64,000 nucleotides of DNA from Octopus vulgaris (lineage: Eukaryota): positions 130,138,001-130,202,000 of the forward strand of contig OX597819.1 of assembly GCA_951406725.2 (NCBI GenBank), in the 5' to 3' direction. Shown here in pieces: positions 57,805-64,000 of this stretch. The notes below the pieces were generated by a model. The model had not been told where the DNA came from and did no database searches. It saw nothing but the letters and a program-made list of their open reading frames with translations. Each line of letters starts with the position of its first letter. Positions within the stretch are counted from its first letter, which is position 1. The position numbers and the translations under genes were made by a program.

Positions 57805-58167
57805 TATAAGCTTACGTTTTTCTGCTTCTGTTTTCGTTTAATTTACATTACTTTCTGCTTCTATTCGACTCGCATCTAATTTACACATGCATCACTCTTT
57901 GACATATATGCATTCGATGCGCAAAATGTGCTTTTAGATACATGCATAATTCAATAAGATGCCCAACCACTTAACTTCGATTTCTTCACCCCCACCCCAC
58001 CCCCAACCACTTCACTCTCACTCACTCACTCTTTCTCTCCCTTCCTCTTCTCTCTCTCTCTTCTTTGCTGTTCCATTTTCTTTTTCCTTTGTTGTTATGT
58101 GTTCATCCTAACCCTCCTTAGCAATCTCAGCCTTTCTCTCTCCCTGGTTCAATCTCACCGTTTCTCC

Positions 58168-58232
<65 letters not shown>

Positions 58233-58334
58233 CATCCGTCTATCTGGTTGACTGGTTGTCTTCATCCCTCTATTTCTGTCAGTATTTCCTTTTCTGACCA
58301 CCTCCTCTTTCACCTTTCCCTGAGTATCACGGCA

Positions 58335-58380
<46 letters not shown>

Positions 58381-58399
58381 TATATATATATATATACAA

Positions 58400-58446
<47 letters not shown>

Positions 58447-58524
58447 TGTATTTAGGAAAATGTTGGTGTGTATATATATACATATACACAAGCTAAGACA
58501 TACAAACTCGTGTGCGTGCGTATC

Positions 58525-58566
<42 letters not shown>

Positions 58567-58909
58567 CGTATGTATGGAAGCGTGTTTGCATGTGCGTATT
58601 TGTATTCATGCCCGATTTTGTTTGCATGTGTCTGCGTGAGTTTTTTTGTTTGTTTATATTTATAATTTTTTAACAAAACATCCCCAGTTGGGGCTTCGAT
58701 GTTATGTCTGTCGTTTGTTTTCCGTAGTACATAAATTTATCCATCAATCTATGTATACTTATCTATCTATCTATCTATCTTTTTATCTATCAATCAAAAC
58801 ACCAACCTCTCTTTTACCATTTAAGCGCACACATACACACACACACAGAAATACATGTACATATAAAGAGAGAGGGAGGGGGATGTGTGCGTGTGTGTGT
58901 GTGTGTATA

Positions 58910-59164
58910 CTCTTTTACTGTTTTACTTGTTTCAGTCATTTGACTGCAGCCACGCTGGAGCACCGCCTTTAGTCGAGCAAATCGACCCCAGGACTTATTC
59001 TTTGTAAGCCTAGTACTTATTCTATCGGTTCTCTTTTGTCGAACCGCTAAGTTACAGGAGACTTAAACTCACCAGCATCGGTTGTCAAGCGATGTTGGGA
59101 GGACAAACACAGACACACAAATACACACACACACATACACACATACACACACATACACAACATA

Positions 59165-59198
<34 letters not shown>

Positions 59199-59365
59199 TA
59201 CGACGGGCTTCTCTCAGTTTCCGTCTACCAAATCCACTCACAAGGCTTTGGTCTGCCCGAGGCTATAGTACAAGACTCTTACCCAAGGTGTCACGCAGTG
59301 GGACTGAACCCGGAACCATGTGGCTGGTAAGCAAGCTACTTACCACACAGCCACTCCTGCGCCTA
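58910..59365 (-). mobile_element. Full-length SINE A, with possible 8-bp TSD tgtgtata, next to an older inverted A remnant (~59380-59540)
   Basis: Reverse complement of the reference copy. tgtgtata at 58902-58909 and 59366-59373. Confidence 0.9.
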
Positions 59366-59662
59366 TGTGTATAGGTCTCAGTATTTGTGTTCGTCTCTCT
59401 CGATTTAATAACCGGTGTTCTTTTGTTCATGTTGCCGTAACGTAGTGGCTTGGCAAAAAAGCGGTCAATAGAATTAAGTTAATACTTTCAAGGCGGTGCC
59501 CGATTAGGTCTGAAGCCGAACGACTAAAAAACAATATAAGATTAAACATGCATAAATTCGTACATAAATATATATAGACCTACGCATATGTGTGTGTGTG
59601 TATGTATTTTTATGAATATATATATATATATGTATATGTGTATATATATGTATATGTGTATA

Positions 59663-59794
<132 letters not shown>

Positions 59795-59863
59795 TATACA
59801 TAAATGTGTACTTAAATATATGAGAGCAAAGTGTGCGTACGCCGCTATGTGTGTATGTATGTA

Positions 59864-59952
<89 letters not shown>

Positions 59953-60043
59953 GCATGTACGCATGCTTGTATGTGTATATGTTCTTCTCAGTTGACAAAA
60001 CGCCATTTCGATACCATAGCGTCGTAACTGAGATTATTCTCTC

Positions 60044-60099
<56 letters not shown>

Positions 60100-60504
60100 T
60101 CTGTCAACACAGAACTTAGCCATGCGCGTTTATTTACTCTTTAATGAATTCACACATGTAAACTGTCTGTCGTCTCTCATTCTGTGTATCTGCCTGCCTA
60201 CCTGCCTGTCTGTCTGTGTGCATGTGTGTCTGTCTATCTGTGTGTCTGTCCGTCTGTCCTTCTGTTTGTCTGTATGTATGTGTGTATGCATTCTTGTCCC
60301 CCCCTCTCTCTCTCTCTCTCTCTCTGCTTCTCTTTATGTTTATCTAGTCTCACCGACATTGTCCTACTGCGTAACATATCCTTTCCATTAAACATTCTGC
60401 TACACACACACACACACACGCTCACACACACACACACACACACGCAAACACACACACACGCATATTAACACTCATTACCAGAAAAATTACACCTTCTAGC
60501 TGTC

Positions 60505-60598
60505 TATCCATCCATCCAACCATCTATCTATCTATTTATCTGTCTATCTTTCTATCTATCTATCTTTCTATCTATCTATCTTTCTATCTATCTTTCTT

Positions 60599-60629
<31 letters not shown>

Positions 60630-60646
60630 ATCTATCTTTCTTTCTT

Positions 60647-60690
<44 letters not shown>

Positions 60691-60786
60691 ACTATCTATC
60701 TATCTATTTATCTATTTATTTATCTATTTATCTATCTATTTATCTATCTCTCTATCTCTCTATCTATCTAGCTGTCTCTATCTATC
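60505..60786. repeat. (TCTA)/(TTTC)/(TTTA) compound microsatellite
   Basis: Directly visible. Confidence 0.95.
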
Positions 60787-60896
60787 TGCGTTTACCATTC
60801 TCTCCGCTCTGTGGGTTTCTATTTGCATAGTAAATTGCTTCAGTTTGATTCACCTCCATCCTGTGCAGATCCCCTTTCCTTTCTCACAACTATTCT

Positions 60897-60939
<43 letters not shown>

Positions 60940-60988
60940 TCTCTCCCTCCGTCATTCACTCACTCTCAGTCACTCACTCATTCACTCA

Positions 60989-61019
<31 letters not shown>

Positions 61020-61717
61020 ATTTCCCCCCTCCCTTTCTCCCATACTCCAACTCCTCCGACTTCTCCGTCATCCTACTCTCCTCATACCACACCTGTATCT
61101 GTTTGTTTCTGCTTCCACAATCTGACTCGGTCTGTCAGTCACTGTTTGTATGGATGGATGGATGACGGATGGTTAGATGGATGTACGGATGGATGGATGG
61201 ATGGATGGATGGATAGATAGATGGATGGATGGATCGATCGATCGATGGATAGGCGTAGGGCTGATTACACTAGTTGTTGCTGTTGTTATTTATTTTTTAT
61301 GTATTTGTTCATACTGATTTCATTGCAGTTATTTTTCCTCATTTTCTTTTTCCTTTACCGTTTCCATTCTTCCTCTCTCTCTTTTTCTATCTCTCTTTCT
61401 CTCACACCCTTTCTTTCTTTCTCCTTTTCACCTATCTTCGTTTATCAACACCTCATTATCTGTGCATTATCTGTCTATGTATCTATATATATCTTAATTG
61501 ACAAATACACATACACACAAATCGAAAACAACTCAGAGCTATGTTTATACATACATACGTACATACACACATAGACACGCACATACATACACATGGATGT
61601 ATATATATATATATGTATGTATATATATGTATATATATATATGTATATATATATGTATATATACATATATATATACATATATATATACATACATATATAT
61701 ATATACATACATACATA

Positions 61718-61768
<51 letters not shown>

Positions 61769-61795
61769 ATATATGTATATATATACATATATAAA

Positions 61796-62121
<326 letters not shown>

Positions 62122-62366
62122 CATATATACACACATTACATGCGCGCGCACACACATATATGGTTAAAATGTGCAAAAGCAAAAGACAGACAGGTCAGGG
62201 AACTACAAGCAAGGTGTATTAGCTTGATGCTCGCGTAAAATGGAAAAGTATCTGACGTTTTCTGTCTACGCTCTTCGGCGGAGAAGGATGAAGAAAAACA
62301 TGGAGAGAAAGAGAGAGAAAAAAAAGCGGCGAGAGAAAAAATAAACGTGTCGGGAACATTTATGTG

Positions 62367-62413
<47 letters not shown>

Positions 62414-62964
62414 ACAAACACGCATGTATGCACGCACAAATACGTATAATGTGCGAGTAAAAGTGCACAACATAACCAGAATTTAGACCTGGACGAATTT
62501 GTTTGTACTCTGTCAGAGAAACATTGGAAACTTTTTTTCATTATTTAGTCGAACTGCCTTGCCACTGATCTCAGTTTTGATAAAGACACCTGAGTGTAAC
62601 TTAGAAAAACAAGGCTAAAATGTTAGTTCTTGAATAACGTACCCCATGTCATTCTTGCATGTATCTAGTAAATATTGTTAGACTGAATTCAATAATCGTA
62701 GTCCAATGTATCAATTAAATCTTCGCATCATCAGAGTTTACTTTGGGATGGGACGATCACATTTGTACACTGGGGCAGGATTGTATAACTCAGCCTTGTA
62801 ATCCTCACCGAAACATATGTAAGCACGACATAAGTGTATAGTTACCAACTAAAATCCCTGTCTTATTCTTTCTATCTTAAAGAACGAAAACGTTTATATA
62901 ACGCGTTACGGTTTCAAGTTTTAGGCAGGTGCAAACCACGTGTCTGCGCAATATGTTGCTTTAG

Positions 62965-64000
62965 CTCATTCAGTTGTGGTTTACGTTTTTAATAATCATA
63001 TTTTCTTTAATAATCATATATTCATTAGTTTTGTCAGAACAAAGATAAAGTTGGAAAACTAAGAATTTGCGGGTTTATTTGGTGAAAATATATCTAAATA
63101 TTTACTTAAAGAAATCTGTCGAGTATTTTCTTTAAGGCGGCGAGCTGGCAGAAACGTTAGCACGCCGGGCGAAATGCTTAGCAGTATTTCGTCTGTCTCT
63201 ACGTTCTGAGTTCAAATTCCACCGAGGTCGACTTTGCCTTTCATCCTTTCGCACTGGGGTCGATCTGGTTGACTTAATCCCTATGTCTGTCCTTGTTTTG
63301 TCACTTCGGTGTTTAGCCCCTTGTGGGTAGTAAAGAAATAAGGAATTTGTCGAGTATTGGAATTGTATTTGTTGTCAATGAATAATGAGTCTGGCTCTCA
63401 AATCAGTTTCATTTAGCCTATGTAGGTTTCGTCACGGTCATTACATTCAATAGCAGAAATTAAATTTTTTGACACTCAGACAAAGTGATTTTTTTTTTTT
63501 AAGTGAAGACATGTCCCAACTTAAGTTTATGGGATGTCCCTTGTATTAGGATGATACAGGTTATGCAGTGGGAGCGATCTGTTTCAGGTATGTTTTTAGT
63601 AATTTTGTGGGACGTTTGGTTGTCTTTTGCTTTTAAGTATTTTGAATGCGTCGAACGTTTTTCTCATTGTTGGACTTTGCTTCAATAATGGGATATTTTT
63701 ATGGATCAAGTTGTACGTTTCTTGCGTTGTGTGTTATGGCTTAAGCTAGAGCGTTCGCTGTATCGCAATTGGTCTTTGTTCTTCGCAATTTTTGAATACA
63801 TCTTGCTTTCCGTTATCAAATAACATTGTTAGGTATGGTCTATTAAATTACATTTATTTTAGTTCTTGGTGTCTTTTACTGCTCACTTCCAAATTCGAAA
63901 CGATTCAACGTATTCTTCTGACCAGATTAAATGGCGTATTTGGTTTGGTGTGTTTTGGGCGGCTTGAAGAGTAAGTTTTGTTTTGAATCTGTTGCTTTAT
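62965..64000 (-). pseudogene. Penelope-like element remnant: RT thumb, Cys linker and GIY-YIG (Neptune-like), continuing beyond the window end
   Basis: Broken minus frames give KATDSKQNLLF..PKHTKPNTPFNLVRRI, KILKSKRQP, CITC, KNLI..IEC..ETYIG..LRARL..H.QQI and a terminal KPQLN. Confidence 0.75.
63136..63342 (+). mobile_element. SINE B (internally deleted) inserted into the PLE GIY-YIG region
   Basis: Flanked by the direct repeat tgtcgagtatt at ~63117-63127 and ~63347-63357. Confidence 0.88.

Overview
AT-rich, extremely microsatellite-dense eukaryotic non-coding DNA. The repeat families look like those of an Octopus (coleoid cephalopod) genome; this is inferred from recognising the repeats and was not verified by a search. 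No intact protein-coding gene is evident, and nearly all entries in the ORF track are translations of (TA)n, (CA)n, (GATA)n, (TACA)n or trinucleotide microsatellites. The window contains: (i) about 25 copies of at least three tRNA-derived SINE families, here called A, B and C, whose heads and tails occur in swapped combinations; (ii) decayed Penelope-like element (PLE) RT/GIY-YIG remnants; (iii) 5-6 short repeats, mostly in or beside (TA)n, carrying minimal type-I hammerhead-ribozyme-like motifs; (iv) R4/Dong-like, RTE-like and CR1-like LINE fragments; (v) mariner and hAT transposase pseudogenes; (vi) a non-autonomous Helitron; (vii) fold-back hairpins and minisatellites derived from microsatellites. 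One candidate minus-strand terminal exon lies at 7130-6823, and a few unique islands carry YY1-like motifs. The most interesting signals are the hammerhead-bearing short elements, SINE module shuffling and tandem self-insertion, and several retroelements that sit in specific microsatellite types.
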